Below the pieces are notes generated by a model. The model saw only the letters and a list, made by a program, of their open reading frames with translations. It was not told where the DNA came from and ran no database searches. Made by a program: the position numbers and the translations under genes. From Alphaproteobacteria bacterium (lineage in GTDB: Bacteria > Pseudomonadota > Alphaproteobacteria > UBA828): a stretch of 64,000 nt of DNA. The stretch lies in NCBI GenBank assembly GCA_965237415.1, contig CBDEFM010000002.1, positions 1,312,001-1,376,000 on the forward strand, in the 5' to 3' direction. Below, in pieces: positions 18,621 to 29,025 of this stretch (position 1 is the first letter of the stretch; each line of letters opens with the position of its first letter).

Positions 18621-19109
18621 GTGTCATACGCCGTCATACGTCGCCGGCCGGCGGCACGAGGCGGAGCCGAAACGGACGGCGCCACGCCGTTCGTGATCGA
18701 GGAGAGCACTGCCCACCTCGTCTCGCTCGCCTCACGCCTCTTCACCCGCGCGTTGCAGGAGCGGCTGGGCCGTTACGGAGTCTCGGTCGCGCAGTGGTCG
18801 ATGCTGCTGCTGCTCTGGGAGGAGGAGAGCCTCACCCAGAAGGAGCTGAGCCGCCGCCAGCAGATCGAGGAGCCGACCGCGACGCGCACGCTGCAGCGTA
18901 TGGAGCGCGACGGGCTGATCCGGCGCTTGCAGGACCGGGAGGACAACCGCAGGCGCCGCGTGATACTGACGGAGCGGGGGCGCGAGCTCTGCAGCGAACT
19001 GGTGCCCGCCGCACTGGAGGTCGACGCGCTCGCGACCCACGGCCTCTCCGACGATGAGAAGAAGCGCCTCGTCAGCCTGCTCGGCTACGTCGTGGCCCGG
19101 CTGGGCTAA
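18621..19109 (+). CDS. MarR family transcriptional regulator
   Basis: LTQKELS...PT.TRTL.RMERDGLI.R..D.ED.RR..V.LTERG; start uncertain. Confidence 0.88.
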   Translation: MSYAVIRRRPAARGGAETDGATPFVIEESTAHLVSLASRLFTRALQERLGRYGVSVAQWSMLLLLWEEESLTQKELSRRQQIEEPTATRTLQRMERDGLIRRLQDREDNRRRRVILTERGRELCSELVPAALEVDALATHGLSDDEKKRLVSLLGYVVARLG

Positions 19110-19140
19110 GCAGCAGCCGGGCGGCAGCGCCCCCGGGGCG

Positions 19141-22100
19141 TCAGTCGAGCCCCGGAACCGTGAAGATCTGGCCCGGATAGATCAGCGCCGGATCCCCGAT
19201 CTGGCTGCGATTGGCCTCGTAGATCTCGGTGAAGTGTATGCCGCCGCCGAGGGTGCGCCGGGCGATGCGCCAGAGGCTGTTGCCGGGCTGCACCACCACG
19301 ATGGCATCGCCCAACATGAGCAGCTCGGGCCGGGCCCGGACCAGGGGGGTCTCGATGCGGGCGAGAACCACGCCGGCGGGATCGACCTGATCGACCCGGA
19401 GGGTGTAGGAGCCCGGCTCCACGTCCGCCTCGGGCTCGACTTGCCAGTCGCCTTCCTCGGTGGTCTCGACGGTCGCCACGTGCTCGTCGTCGATATAGAC
19501 GTTCAGGTCTGTCTCGGGCTCGCCCTTGCCGGTGAAGGTCAGGTCGCCCTTGTCGTCGTAGTCCACCGAGCCCAGGACGATCGGGCCCTCATCCTCGGCT
19601 TCCGGCGGTGCTGCGGACGCCACCTGATCTTCGTCGGGCGACGCGCCGGTCCCGGTCTCAAGGGCGGCGACGGCCGTTTCCTTGTCAGCCGTGTCGGGCG
19701 TGTCGGCGGTGTCGGCGGTGTCAGGCGTGTCGGCCGCGTCGGGAGTATCGGCACCTGCCTCATCCTGGATGGCATCGTCCCGACTGGCCACGTCGAGCGC
19801 CTCATCCCTGGCTTCCGGCTTCTGCAAAACGGTGCTCTTCCCCTCGCCTTCGCGCGGCACCAGCACGGCGAGCACCGATCCCCCGTCCTCGTCGGGATCG
19901 GGGACGGAGACAACGAGCACATGCTCGGATTCCACCTGTGTGCCGTCCGGCAGGGTCGCGATCGCCCAGAGCTCATGATCGCCGGGAGGAATGGCGATAT
20001 ACGGCACGAGCGTCCATTCACCGCGCCGGTCGGCGGTCTCCCAGCCGAGGTCGATCGATGCGCTGCGCACTGTGACCTTGGCCCCGGGCTCGGCGCGGCC
20101 GGCGATCACCGCCCAGCCATCCGGGGTAATCCGCACCGTATCGAAGCTCGGCGGCGTTACCGCCGGCTCCTCGGCGGTCGTCGGCTCCTGCTCGACACCC
20201 GTCGCGTCAGGCGTCTCCCGCATCTCTTCCGCCGCCCCGTCGGGAACGACCCGCGCCTCGATGATGGCCTGCTCGACCGCCTCGGCTCCCTCCACAGCCG
20301 CCGTAGGCGCAGCATCGCCCGCCGCGGTCTCAGTCGCCTCATCTTCGCCAACCGCGCCTTCGGTGCCGTCGGTCACCTCCAAAGATTCGGCGTCCGTTGA
20401 CCCTCCCGCCGTGGCCACGTCAGAAGCGGCATCGTCCGCCGCAGGCGAAGTCGACACGTCCTGCGAAGCGGCCGGTTCGGCATCGTCGGGCGATCCTGCC
20501 GCGTCGGCGCTAACCGTCTCCTCGGGCGGCGGCGCTTCAGATGCAGCCGCTGCATCCTCTGCGGTGGCGGGCGCGGTGCCGTCTTCGGCCTCCGCCATGC
20601 TGTCGGCGCCGGCTGCGTCATCCGTTGCCCCTGCCTCAGGCGTAGTCGCTGCATCCTCTGCAGTGGCAACCGCGGTGCCGTCGTCGGCCTCCGCCATGGT
20701 GTCGGCGCCGGCATCGTCTTCCGCTGCCGCCACATCAGCCGAAGCCGCCACATCTTCCTCGGTAGCGGGCGCGGTGCCGTCTTCGACCTCCGCCATAGCA
20801 GCGTCGGCGCCGGCAGCGTCTTCCGATGCCCCTGCCTCAGGTGTAGACGCTGCATCCTCTGCGACGGCGGGCGCGGTGCCCTCTTCGGCCTGCGCCATGC
20901 TGTCGGCGCCGGCCTCGTCTTTCGCTACCTCCACATCAGCCAAAGCCGCCGCATCTTCTTCAGCAGCGAGCGCGGTGCCGTCGTCGGCCTCCACCATGGT
21001 GGCGGTGCCCGCCTCGTCTTCCGATGCCCCTGCCTCAGGCGTAGACGCTGCATCCTCTGCGACGGCGGGCGCGGTGCCGTCGTCGACCTGCACCATGCTG
21101 TCGGCGCCCGCCTCGTCTTCCGATGCCCCTGCCTCAGGTGTAGACGCTGCATCCTCAGCGACGGCGGGCGCGGTGCCGTCTTCGGCCTCCGCCATGGTGC
21201 CGGTGCCCGCCTCGTCTTCCGATGCCCCTGCCTCAGGCGTAGCCGCTGCATCCTCAGCGACGGCGGGCGCGGTGCCGTCGTCGGCCTCCGCCATGGTGTC
21301 GGTGCCCGCCTCGTCTTCCGTTGCGCCTGCCTCAGGCGTGGCCGCTGCATCCTCTGCGACGGCGCCCCCGCTGCCGTCTTCGACCTGCGCCATGCTGTCG
21401 GCGCCGGCATCGTCTTCCGCTGCCCCTGCCTCAGCCGAAGCCGCCGCATCTTCCTCGGTGGCGAGCGCGGTGCCGTCGTCGGCCTCCGCCATAGTGTCAG
21501 AGGCGGCCGCGTCTTCCGCTGGCTCCACATCGGCCGAAGCCGCCGCATCTTCTTCGGTAGCGGGCGCGGAGCCGTCGTCGGCCTCCGCCATGGTGTCGGT
21601 GCCCGCCTCGTCTTCCGATGCCCCTGCCTCAGGCGTAGCCGCTGCATCCTCTGCGACGGCGGGCGAGGTGCCCTCTTCGGCCTGCGCCATGCTGTCGGTG
21701 CCCGCCTCGTCTTCCGCTACCTCCACATCAGCCGAAGCCGCTGCATCCTCCTCGGTGGCGAGCGCGGTGCCGTCGTCGGCCTCCGCCATGGTGTCGGCGC
21801 CGGCATCGTCTTCCACTACATCCACATCAGCCGAAGCCGCCGCATCTTCCTCGGTGGCGAGCGCGGTGCCGTCGTCGGCCTCCGCCATAGCGTCGGCACC
21901 GGCATCGTCTTCCGTTGCGCCTGCCCCAGGCGTGGCCGCTGCATCCTCCGCGGCAACGGGCCCGGTGTCGTCGTCGACCTCCGCCATAGCGTCGGCGCCG
22001 GTATCGTCTTCCGATGCCTCTGCCTCAGGCGTAGTCGCTGCATCCTCTGCAGTGGCAACCGCGGTGCCGTCGTCGGCCTCCGCCATCGTGTCGGTGCCCG

Positions 22101-23328
22101 CCTCGTCTTCCGATGCCCCTGCCTCAGGCGTGGCCCCTGCATCGTCCCCGGTGGCCGGCGCGGTGCCGTCTTCGGCCTCCGCCATAGCGTCGGCGCCGGC
22201 ATCGTCTTCCGTTGCCTCCACATCAGCCGAAGCCGCCGCATCCTCCTCGGTAGCGGGCGCAGTGCCGTCGTCGGCCTCCGCCATCGTGTCGATGCCCGCC
22301 TCGCCTTCCGCTACCTCCACGTCAGCCGAAGCCGCTACATCCTCTGCAGTAGCGCCCGCGGTGCCGTCGTCGGCCTCCGCCATCGTGTCGGCGCCGGCAT
22401 CGTCTTCCGATGCCCCTGCCTCAGGTGTAGACGCTGCATCCTCTGCGACGGCGGGCGCGGTGCCCTCTTCGGCCTGTGCCATGCTGTCGGCGCCGGCCTC
22501 ATCGTCTGCTGGCTCCACATCAGCCGAAGCCGCCGCTCCTTCCTCATCAGCGGGCGCGGTGCCGTCTTCGGCCTCCGCCATGGTGTCGGCGTCTGCAGCG
22601 CTTTCCGCTGTCCCCTCTTCAGGCGCCGCCGCCATGTCTTGCGTGGCACTGGGCTCGGTACCGTCATCAGTCGTCGTGGCGGCGTCGGTACCGGCGGCGT
22701 CTCCCGCCGCTGCGACCGTAGGCGCGGTGTCGTCCGCTGCAGCTGCCGCCATATCCTGCTCGGCGGAGGCGTCGGCGGTCGGCTCAACGGCGTCGACACC
22801 AGTTGGCTCGCCCTCCGTTGCCGTAGCCTGCCCGGCTGTGTCTTCCTCCCGCGCGACGGCATCGATGTCGCCACTCGGCGGGTCAGCCGGTGTCGGCGTC
22901 GCGTCAGCCGTCTCGACAGCGTCATCCGCCGCCGGCTTCTCGGGCGCCGCCGGAGCAGTCCCGGCCGTTTCCTCGTCCCCCTGCGGGCCGGCACCGATGT
23001 CGCCGCCTGGAATGTCGGCCGGCACCGGCGTCGCTTCGGCCGTCTCTTCAGACGCAGGCGCAGCCGGGGCGGACGCGCCTGTATCGGCGGTTTCAGGCGC
23101 CGCCTCGTCGCCCGGCGAGACGCTGTCCGCGGCGCTGTCGGCCGTGCGGTCGGCGATGTCGACGGACTGCCCCGACGATCCGTCCGGCTCCGGCCCGCCC
23201 GTCAGGAACACGCCGAGCAGAACGCCGACGACCACGACGGCGACGCCGGCCGGAGCCGCGATGCGGAGCGTCTCTCTCCGCTTCAACACGTCGGCCACGC
23301 GACGGGTGAGGTTTCCGGTCTCGCTCAC
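19141..23328 (-). CDS. Membrane-anchored LysM protein with a very large acidic repeat region and Ig-like domains
   Basis: N-terminal TM (AGVAVVVVGVLLGVFL), PSFD.VRI...AVIAGRA.PG domain, C-terminal VVQPGNSLWRIARR..G.G....IYEAN..QI..P.LIYPGQ LysM. Confidence 0.9.
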   Translation of the reverse strand: MSETGNLTRRVADVLKRRETLRIAAPAGVAVVVVGVLLGVFLTGGPEPDGSSGQSVDIADRTADSAADSVSPGDEAAPETADTGASAPAAPASEETAEATPVPADIPGGDIGAGPQGDEETAGTAPAAPEKPAADDAVETADATPTPADPPSGDIDAVAREEDTAGQATATEGEPTGVDAVEPTADASAEQDMAAAAADDTAPTVAAAGDAAGTDAATTTDDGTEPSATQDMAAAPEEGTAESAADADTMAEAEDGTAPADEEGAAASADVEPADDEAGADSMAQAEEGTAPAVAEDAASTPEAGASEDDAGADTMAEADDGTAGATAEDVAASADVEVAEGEAGIDTMAEADDGTAPATEEDAAASADVEATEDDAGADAMAEAEDGTAPATGDDAGATPEAGASEDEAGTDTMAEADDGTAVATAEDAATTPEAEASEDDTGADAMAEVDDDTGPVAAEDAAATPGAGATEDDAGADAMAEADDGTALATEEDAAASADVDVVEDDAGADTMAEADDGTALATEEDAAASADVEVAEDEAGTDSMAQAEEGTSPAVAEDAAATPEAGASEDEAGTDTMAEADDGSAPATEEDAAASADVEPAEDAAASDTMAEADDGTALATEEDAAASAEAGAAEDDAGADSMAQVEDGSGGAVAEDAAATPEAGATEDEAGTDTMAEADDGTAPAVAEDAAATPEAGASEDEAGTGTMAEAEDGTAPAVAEDAASTPEAGASEDEAGADSMVQVDDGTAPAVAEDAASTPEAGASEDEAGTATMVEADDGTALAAEEDAAALADVEVAKDEAGADSMAQAEEGTAPAVAEDAASTPEAGASEDAAGADAAMAEVEDGTAPATEEDVAASADVAAAEDDAGADTMAEADDGTAVATAEDAATTPEAGATDDAAGADSMAEAEDGTAPATAEDAAAASEAPPPEETVSADAAGSPDDAEPAASQDVSTSPAADDAASDVATAGGSTDAESLEVTDGTEGAVGEDEATETAAGDAAPTAAVEGAEAVEQAIIEARVVPDGAAEEMRETPDATGVEQEPTTAEEPAVTPPSFDTVRITPDGWAVIAGRAEPGAKVTVRSASIDLGWETADRRGEWTLVPYIAIPPGDHELWAIATLPDGTQVESEHVLVVSVPDPDEDGGSVLAVLVPREGEGKSTVLQKPEARDEALDVASRDDAIQDEAGADTPDAADTPDTADTADTPDTADKETAVAALETGTGASPDEDQVASAAPPEAEDEGPIVLGSVDYDDKGDLTFTGKGEPETDLNVYIDDEHVATVETTEEGDWQVEPEADVEPGSYTLRVDQVDPAGVVLARIETPLVRARPELLMLGDAIVVVQPGNSLWRIARRTLGGGIHFTEIYEANRSQIGDPALIYPGQIFTVPGLD
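20530..22581 (-). repeat. Intragenic tandem repeat, about 21 copies of a 99-bp (33-aa) unit
   Basis: Unit like MAEADDGTAPATEEDAAASADVEVAEDEAGADT; the Met codons recur every 99 bp from about 22580 to about 20596, with one 102-bp unit. Confidence 0.9.
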
Positions 23329-23411
23329 TGGATACGCCTAGCAAATATGGGAGGCGTCACGATACACGAGTCGGCCGAGGCGCGACAGCGCACCCGGTTA
23401 GCCGATAACTC

Positions 23412-24377
23412 TCACCAGTCGCTGCCCGATGAGAACGCCGGGGGTGGCGACGGAGCCGTGCTCACCGGGTTGCGGATCGCGGGCAGCGCCTTGAGATAGG
23501 CGGCCATGGCCTCCAAATCGTCCTGGGTCAGGTGGCGCAGCCCGTCGTCGATGGCTTCGCGCATTTCACCCTGCACATCGTCGCCATAGGGCGTGAAGCC
23601 CGTGCGCAGGAAGAACGTCAGATCGACCTCCGACCACGATCCGATGCCGGTCTCGGTATCGGGGGTGATGTTGGGGACAGTGAGCCCGCCGGGCCCGTAG
23701 CGGGAGCCGGCCAGGTGCGGGCCGCGCTTCAGCGACCCCAGCATGTTGCGCGGGGTGTGGCACTCGGCGCAGTGCCCCAGGGTCTCGACGAGATAGCGGC
23801 CGCGCGCCAGGCGCTCGTCCTCAGCGGGATCGGCAGCATCAGGCTCGCGATCGAAGAAAAGCCAGCGCCAGGGGTGGAGAAATAGACGCACGCTGAACGG
23901 GAAGCGCAGCTCGTGCGGCTTGTTGAGGGCGGCGACCGGCTCCACCGTGTCGAGATAGGCCTTGAGGTCGAGCATGTCCTCGCGCCGCATGCCGGTGTAG
24001 GCGGTGTAGGGGAACGCGGGATAGTAGGTGCTGCCCGTGGGCGACTTGCCGTCGCGGAGCGCACGGATGAAGTCCGCGTCGGACCAGCCGCCGATGCCTG
24101 TCTCCGGGTCCGGGGTGATGTTGGGCACGGCGATTGCCCCCCAGGGCGAGGACAGCATCCGCCCGCCGGCGAGGAACGCTCCGCCATTGGCGACGTCCGT
24201 GTGGCAGGTGGCGCAGCCCGCCGCGCGCAGGATGTAGGCGCCGCGCGCCGCCGGGTCCGGACTCGCCGGATCGGGTTCCAGGGCGGGTGCCGCACGAGGG
24301 ACCATGGCGCTTGCCTGCAGTGCGAGGATCAGCGCACAGGCGCCGATTGCGATACGAAGTCCGTCGAGCCGCGCCAT
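23412..24377 (-). CDS. Diheme cytochrome c (gluconate/alcohol dehydrogenase cytochrome subunit-like)
   Basis: CATCH and CAECHTPRN haem motifs, PNITPD..TGIG.WS repeats, signal peptide. Confidence 0.88.
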   Translation of the reverse strand: MARLDGLRIAIGACALILALQASAMVPRAAPALEPDPASPDPAARGAYILRAAGCATCHTDVANGGAFLAGGRMLSSPWGAIAVPNITPDPETGIGGWSDADFIRALRDGKSPTGSTYYPAFPYTAYTGMRREDMLDLKAYLDTVEPVAALNKPHELRFPFSVRLFLHPWRWLFFDREPDAADPAEDERLARGRYLVETLGHCAECHTPRNMLGSLKRGPHLAGSRYGPGGLTVPNITPDTETGIGSWSEVDLTFFLRTGFTPYGDDVQGEMREAIDDGLRHLTQDDLEAMAAYLKALPAIRNPVSTAPSPPPAFSSGSDW

Positions 24378-24549
24378 CGAATCCCGCAATCGATCCTACC
24401 GTCGGTACCGGGGATGGGTCAGAAATAGTCCGATTTGCGCGCAATGCAACCGACGACCTGTCTGACGGTGCGGCTGGCGGCCTGTGGCTGACTCTGCTAC
24501 AGAGCAGCGCTCCCAAGCGGTCAAGAATGTGGTCAGGATCGGATCGGCG

Positions 24550-25104
24550 ATGGCGGCGGTCGCGTCTCTCTGCGTCTTTTGCGGTTCCCAAACGGGCGAA
24601 AACCCGGCGCACGCCGAGGCCGCCCGCAGCCTGGGTTCAGGCCTGGCCCGGCGCGGAATCACCCTCATTTACGGTGCCGGCGGAATCGGCCTGATGAGCG
24701 TGCTCGCCGATGCGGTGCTGGCGGGCGGCGGCACGGTCGTCGGTGTGATCCCCGAGCATCTGGAACGCCTCGAGGTGGCGCACCCCGAGCTGACGGAGAC
24801 GGTGGTCACCCGGGACATGCACTCCCGGAAGCGCGCAATGTTCGACCGCGCCGACGGGTTCGTCGTCCTGCCCGGCGGCTTCGGCAGCCTCGACGAGTTC
24901 TTCGAGGTGCTCACCTGGAAGCAGCTCGGGCTCCACGACAAGCCGGTGGTCGTTCTCGACAGCGAGGGTTTTTGGGGACCGCTGCTCGACCTGCTCGACC
25001 ATGTGAGCGCCGAGGGGTTCGCGCCGGCGGCCACGAGCGGCCTCGCCACGGTGGTGCGGTCCACGGATGAGCTGTTCCGCGTCCTCGACAACGGCGAGGC
25101 TTGA
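24550..25104 (+). CDS. LOG family nucleotide phosphoribohydrolase (TIGR00730)
   Basis: CVFCGS, YGAG..GLM, MHSRK..M, PGGFGSLDE. Confidence 0.9.
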   Translation: MAAVASLCVFCGSQTGENPAHAEAARSLGSGLARRGITLIYGAGGIGLMSVLADAVLAGGGTVVGVIPEHLERLEVAHPELTETVVTRDMHSRKRAMFDRADGFVVLPGGFGSLDEFFEVLTWKQLGLHDKPVVVLDSEGFWGPLLDLLDHVSAEGFAPAATSGLATVVRSTDELFRVLDNGEA

Positions 25105-25290
25105 GCGGGCACCGGGACCGCCCTACGCACCGCCGCTGACCCTTTGATGCCGCGGCCGGGACGGCCTTCGGCTCGCCCGGCCGACACCTTGACCGGTAGG
25201 ACCGCCCTGCTAAGGTGCGCGCGGTCCCGCCGGCCGCCCTATTCTGTCTCCCGGGGTCTTTGTCCATAACGCATTCCTGGAGAGCTTCGG

Positions 25291-26505
25291 ATGGCGAAAA
25301 TCAAGGTCGCCAACCCCGTCGTCGAGATCGACGGCGACGAGATGACGCGGATCATCTGGGCGTGGATCAAGGACCAGCTGATCCTGCCCTACCTGGACAT
25401 CGACCTGCTCTATTTCGACCTCGGCGTCGAGCATCGGGATGCCACCGACGATCGGATCACGGTCGATTGCGCCGAGGCGATCAAGGAGATCGGCGTCGGC
25501 GTCAAGTGCGCGACCATCACGCCGGACGAAGCCCGCGTCGAGGAGTTCGGCCTCAAGAAGATGTGGCGCTCGCCCAACGGCACGATCCGCAACATCCTCG
25601 GCGGCACGGTATTCCGTGAGCCCATCATCTGCCGCAACGTGCCGCGCCTGGTCCCCGGCTGGCAGCACCCCATCGTGATCGGCCGCCACGCCTTCGGCGA
25701 CCAGTACCGCGCCACCGATTTCGTGGTGCCGGGCAAGGGCAAGCTCACGATCCGCTTCGAGCCCGAGAACGGGGGCGAGACGATCGAGCGGGAGGTGTTC
25801 GACTTCCCCGGCGCGGGCGTCGCGCTCGCCATGTACAACCTTGACGATTCGATCCGGGGCTTCGCCCGCGCCTGCATGAACTACGGGCTGGAGCGGGGCT
25901 GGCCGGTCTACATGTCGACCAAGAACACGATCCTCAAGTTCTATGACGGGCGCTTCAAGGACCTGTTCGACGAGATCTTCGAGGCCGAGTTCAAGGACCG
26001 CTTCGAGGCCGCCGGCATCGGCTACGAGCACCGGCTGATCGACGACATGGTGGCCGCCGCGCTCAAGTGGGAAGGCGCCTTCATCTGGGCCTGCAAGAAT
26101 TACGACGGCGACGTGCAGTCCGACACCGTGGCCCAGGGCTTCGGCTCGCTCGGCCTGATGTCCTCGGTGCTGATGTCGCCCGACGGCAAGACCGTCGAGG
26201 CCGAAGCGGCGCACGGCACCGTGACACGGCACTACCGCGCCTACCAGCGAGGCGAGGAGACCTCGACCAACCCGATCGCCTCGATCTTCGCCTGGACCCG
26301 CGGCCTCAAGCACCGGGGCCGGCACGACGGCAACCAGGCCCTCGCGGACTTCGCCGAGACGCTCGAGCGCTGCTGCATCGAGTGTGTGGAAGCCGGCGAG
26401 ATGACCAAGGACCTCGCCATCCTGGTCGGCCCCGACCAGGGCTGGCTCAACTCCAAGGATTTTCTGGACGCGATCGACCGCCGGCTCCGCGCCGCGATGG
26501 CGTAA
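25291..26505 (+). CDS. icd: NADP-dependent isocitrate dehydrogenase
   Basis: [47 protein letters not shown]. Confidence 0.97.
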   Translation: MAKIKVANPVVEIDGDEMTRIIWAWIKDQLILPYLDIDLLYFDLGVEHRDATDDRITVDCAEAIKEIGVGVKCATITPDEARVEEFGLKKMWRSPNGTIRNILGGTVFREPIICRNVPRLVPGWQHPIVIGRHAFGDQYRATDFVVPGKGKLTIRFEPENGGETIEREVFDFPGAGVALAMYNLDDSIRGFARACMNYGLERGWPVYMSTKNTILKFYDGRFKDLFDEIFEAEFKDRFEAAGIGYEHRLIDDMVAAALKWEGAFIWACKNYDGDVQSDTVAQGFGSLGLMSSVLMSPDGKTVEAEAAHGTVTRHYRAYQRGEETSTNPIASIFAWTRGLKHRGRHDGNQALADFAETLERCCIECVEAGEMTKDLAILVGPDQGWLNSKDFLDAIDRRLRAAMA

Positions 26506-26578
26506 GAACTGACGGCGTAACAGATAGCGTCAGGCGCGCTCCCCAAGCTGTCCGGGAGCGGCCTCACGGGCTTCCGCG

Positions 26579-28963
26579 TCAGAAGGAGACGCGCCAGCCT
26601 GACAGCAAGATCAATTCGGAGTCTGCGTTCTTGCGGTGGCCCGGCTCGCGGGAAAGTGTTGCACCGAGACGCAGCTCCCCGAGCTTCAACGGTTGTTTCC
26701 ATTGCAGCGCCAAGTCCACCTGCCTTCCACCGGGCTCGGCATCCAGCGTGACAGAGCTGCGGACCACCTCGCCCGCCGTCGTTCGTCCCGAAGGAACGGT
26801 GAGAAGCGCCTGACCGTCCTCCACCCGAAGCGGCTGTGACAGCGACACCATGAAGGCACCGCCGTCCGCAGTCGGCCGAGTGGCATGCAACGCGACCGCG
26901 CTGGTGATGAGAGGCGAGAATCCATCGAACAGGCCGTCGCGCGTCTGCGCATTCACGGTGCCGATCTCCGCAGTGCCACCGATGCGCCACTGACCGAGCT
27001 CCGCGTCGGCCTCGATTCCCGCGAACATTGCATTCGCCACAAGGTCCCCGAAAGCGCCTTCGGACGCGCTCCCAAGCAAGGTTTTCCGCTCGCCAAGCCA
27101 GCCGACACGCAGCCCGAGCAGGGCCTCGGGCGCCCGCCACGCGAGCGCCGCTCCCGACGCGGGATCCTGCCCGGTTAGGCCCTCCGTGGTGAGCGCGGTG
27201 GCGCTCAGGCTGGCTGCAATCGGGAAGGTTGCGACCAGGCTGCGTCCGGCAAGCGCGAAGTGACTGGCCTTCGCGGCGGCGGGCGCTCCGGACTTGACGA
27301 GATACAGGGCGGAAACCCCGCCGTCGGACTCCCCACGCGACTGGAGGATGGGGAGTCGGATGGTACTCGCGGAAGGGCCCTGCGCCCCCTGGATCGATAA
27401 CTGCTGAAAGTCGCGAAACCGCTCGTACAGCGAGGGCCTGACCGCAGCCGTCACAAAATTGTCAAAGTCGTACCAGAATGGCGCGCCAAGCGCATCGAAG
27501 GCAGCAATCTCGCGACTTGCGAGCGAAGGAACAAATGCATCGCCGAAGGCGGGGCCAACTTGCAAGCTTGTGTCGTGAATAACGGCACCAGGGCTTTCCA
27601 CACGTCCGCCCATCGTAACGACCGGCTCACCCACGGGCGAGGTTGCGGCACCCAAGTCCATGAGGCCGCGACCGTAAACCTCGGCGTCGGCGTATAGGCC
27701 GCCCCGGTCTGCCGTCTCGAGAAGACGCGCCAGCAGGTCCACGTTGGAGAGCTGGCCCCGGAAATACTGCTTCATCAGCGCAAGACCGCCAGTCACCATC
27801 GGTGCGGCGAACGATGTGCCGCCTGCATCGGCGACGGACCGGATGGGGTTGCCGTCCCGGCCCGGGCCGAAATAGGACACCCGGATATCGTCTCCCGGAG
27901 CCGCCAGGCAAGAGCCGGCCGCGATGCCGCAGCGGTTGGAGAAGTCGGCAATCTCGCCGTCCGGGCGTATGGCCACGACGGCGACCGTATTCTCCTGCAG
28001 CTCCGGGAAGCGTGCAGACAAACCGGACAGAATGTCCGCCGAGCTCGCCTTTACCTCGCCGTCGACGCACTGGGGTATCGGGATGTCGCATGCCGTGCCG
28101 TTCGCATTTCCCCCGGCCCAGACAAAGACGACTTTCTCTTCGGAGCCTTCCTGGGCAATTGAGGTGATCATCGCCGCGAAAGGTTCGCGAAGCACCTCTT
28201 CGCTGTAGTTCTCGATAATTCCCGAGACACCAAGGCTCAAGTTCAGGAAATCGATGCTCTGGGAACCGAACCGCCACGCGAGTATCTCTTCCACGGTCTC
28301 CGTAAAGAATTCTCCCACCTCTGGCAGCTCGCTCAACTCGATCGGGTCATACAACTCAGGAGCCTCGCCGAGCGGCATCGCGAAGACGACGAGGTCGGCT
28401 CCCCAGGCCACGCCCTGTGCGTCGTGCGGGAAACCGGGAATATCCTCTCCGGCAAGAACGCTTGCCACCGCCGTGCCGTGAGAGAACTCGTCTCCAACCT
28501 CATCGTTCGCGCCGGGAAGGAACCGCTCGATGACGGTTTTGTTCCGGAACGCGGGGTCTTCGCCGTCTACGCCCGTATCCAGAATGCCGACGATCACGCC
28601 CTCGCCGGGCGCAGTGTCGGGCCCGAACTGCAGTTCGAGATTTGCGTAGGCCTCATCGGCACCGATCGCTTCCAGGCCCCACTGGTTCTGGAAGCCCGGC
28701 TGCTCCGCGTATTCGCCCGCGATTTCCTCTACCAATGCTTCGAATTCGGGTTCGAGAACGCAACCCTGGTCATGGGTCTGGACGCATGCCACGGGGACAT
28801 CGTCCAAATCGTCTTCATCTCGAAAAATCCAGCAGGATGCCAGGATCAGGGACACGGCGCAGAGAGGGATCGCCACTCGTAACTGGATACCAAGAAGTCG
28901 GCGAATCCGGAGGTAAAGGGATCGATAGAGCCGGGGATAGATCGGCATTTCTCTCCGCACCAT
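26579..28963 (-). CDS. S8 (subtilisin-like) serine peptidase with a probable C-terminal beta-barrel
   Basis: Catalytic triad ILDTG / SHGTAVA / GTSFAAP; C-terminal amphipathic strands ending WRVSF; lower GC than its neighbours. Confidence 0.85.
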   Translation of the reverse strand: MVRREMPIYPRLYRSLYLRIRRLLGIQLRVAIPLCAVSLILASCWIFRDEDDLDDVPVACVQTHDQGCVLEPEFEALVEEIAGEYAEQPGFQNQWGLEAIGADEAYANLELQFGPDTAPGEGVIVGILDTGVDGEDPAFRNKTVIERFLPGANDEVGDEFSHGTAVASVLAGEDIPGFPHDAQGVAWGADLVVFAMPLGEAPELYDPIELSELPEVGEFFTETVEEILAWRFGSQSIDFLNLSLGVSGIIENYSEEVLREPFAAMITSIAQEGSEEKVVFVWAGGNANGTACDIPIPQCVDGEVKASSADILSGLSARFPELQENTVAVVAIRPDGEIADFSNRCGIAAGSCLAAPGDDIRVSYFGPGRDGNPIRSVADAGGTSFAAPMVTGGLALMKQYFRGQLSNVDLLARLLETADRGGLYADAEVYGRGLMDLGAATSPVGEPVVTMGGRVESPGAVIHDTSLQVGPAFGDAFVPSLASREIAAFDALGAPFWYDFDNFVTAAVRPSLYERFRDFQQLSIQGAQGPSASTIRLPILQSRGESDGGVSALYLVKSGAPAAAKASHFALAGRSLVATFPIAASLSATALTTEGLTGQDPASGAALAWRAPEALLGLRVGWLGERKTLLGSASEGAFGDLVANAMFAGIEADAELGQWRIGGTAEIGTVNAQTRDGLFDGFSPLITSAVALHATRPTADGGAFMVSLSQPLRVEDGQALLTVPSGRTTAGEVVRSSVTLDAEPGGRQVDLALQWKQPLKLGELRLGATLSREPGHRKNADSELILLSGWRVSF

Positions 28964-29025
28964 TTAACAGCTCGGCGGGGAGTTTGCTCGAGTTAGGCTG
29001 TCGCCCCCCTGCGACAGATTACCGG

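Noticed and set aside
20530-22581. 99-bp periodic array as a possible CRISPR
   Set aside because: No constant repeat with unique spacers, variation is codon-like, it lies in frame within a CDS, and there are no cas genes
19991-23341. 1116-aa Ser/Ala-rich ORF on the + strand
   Set aside because: Antisense shadow of the repetitive LysM gene; low-complexity codons keep the opposite frame open
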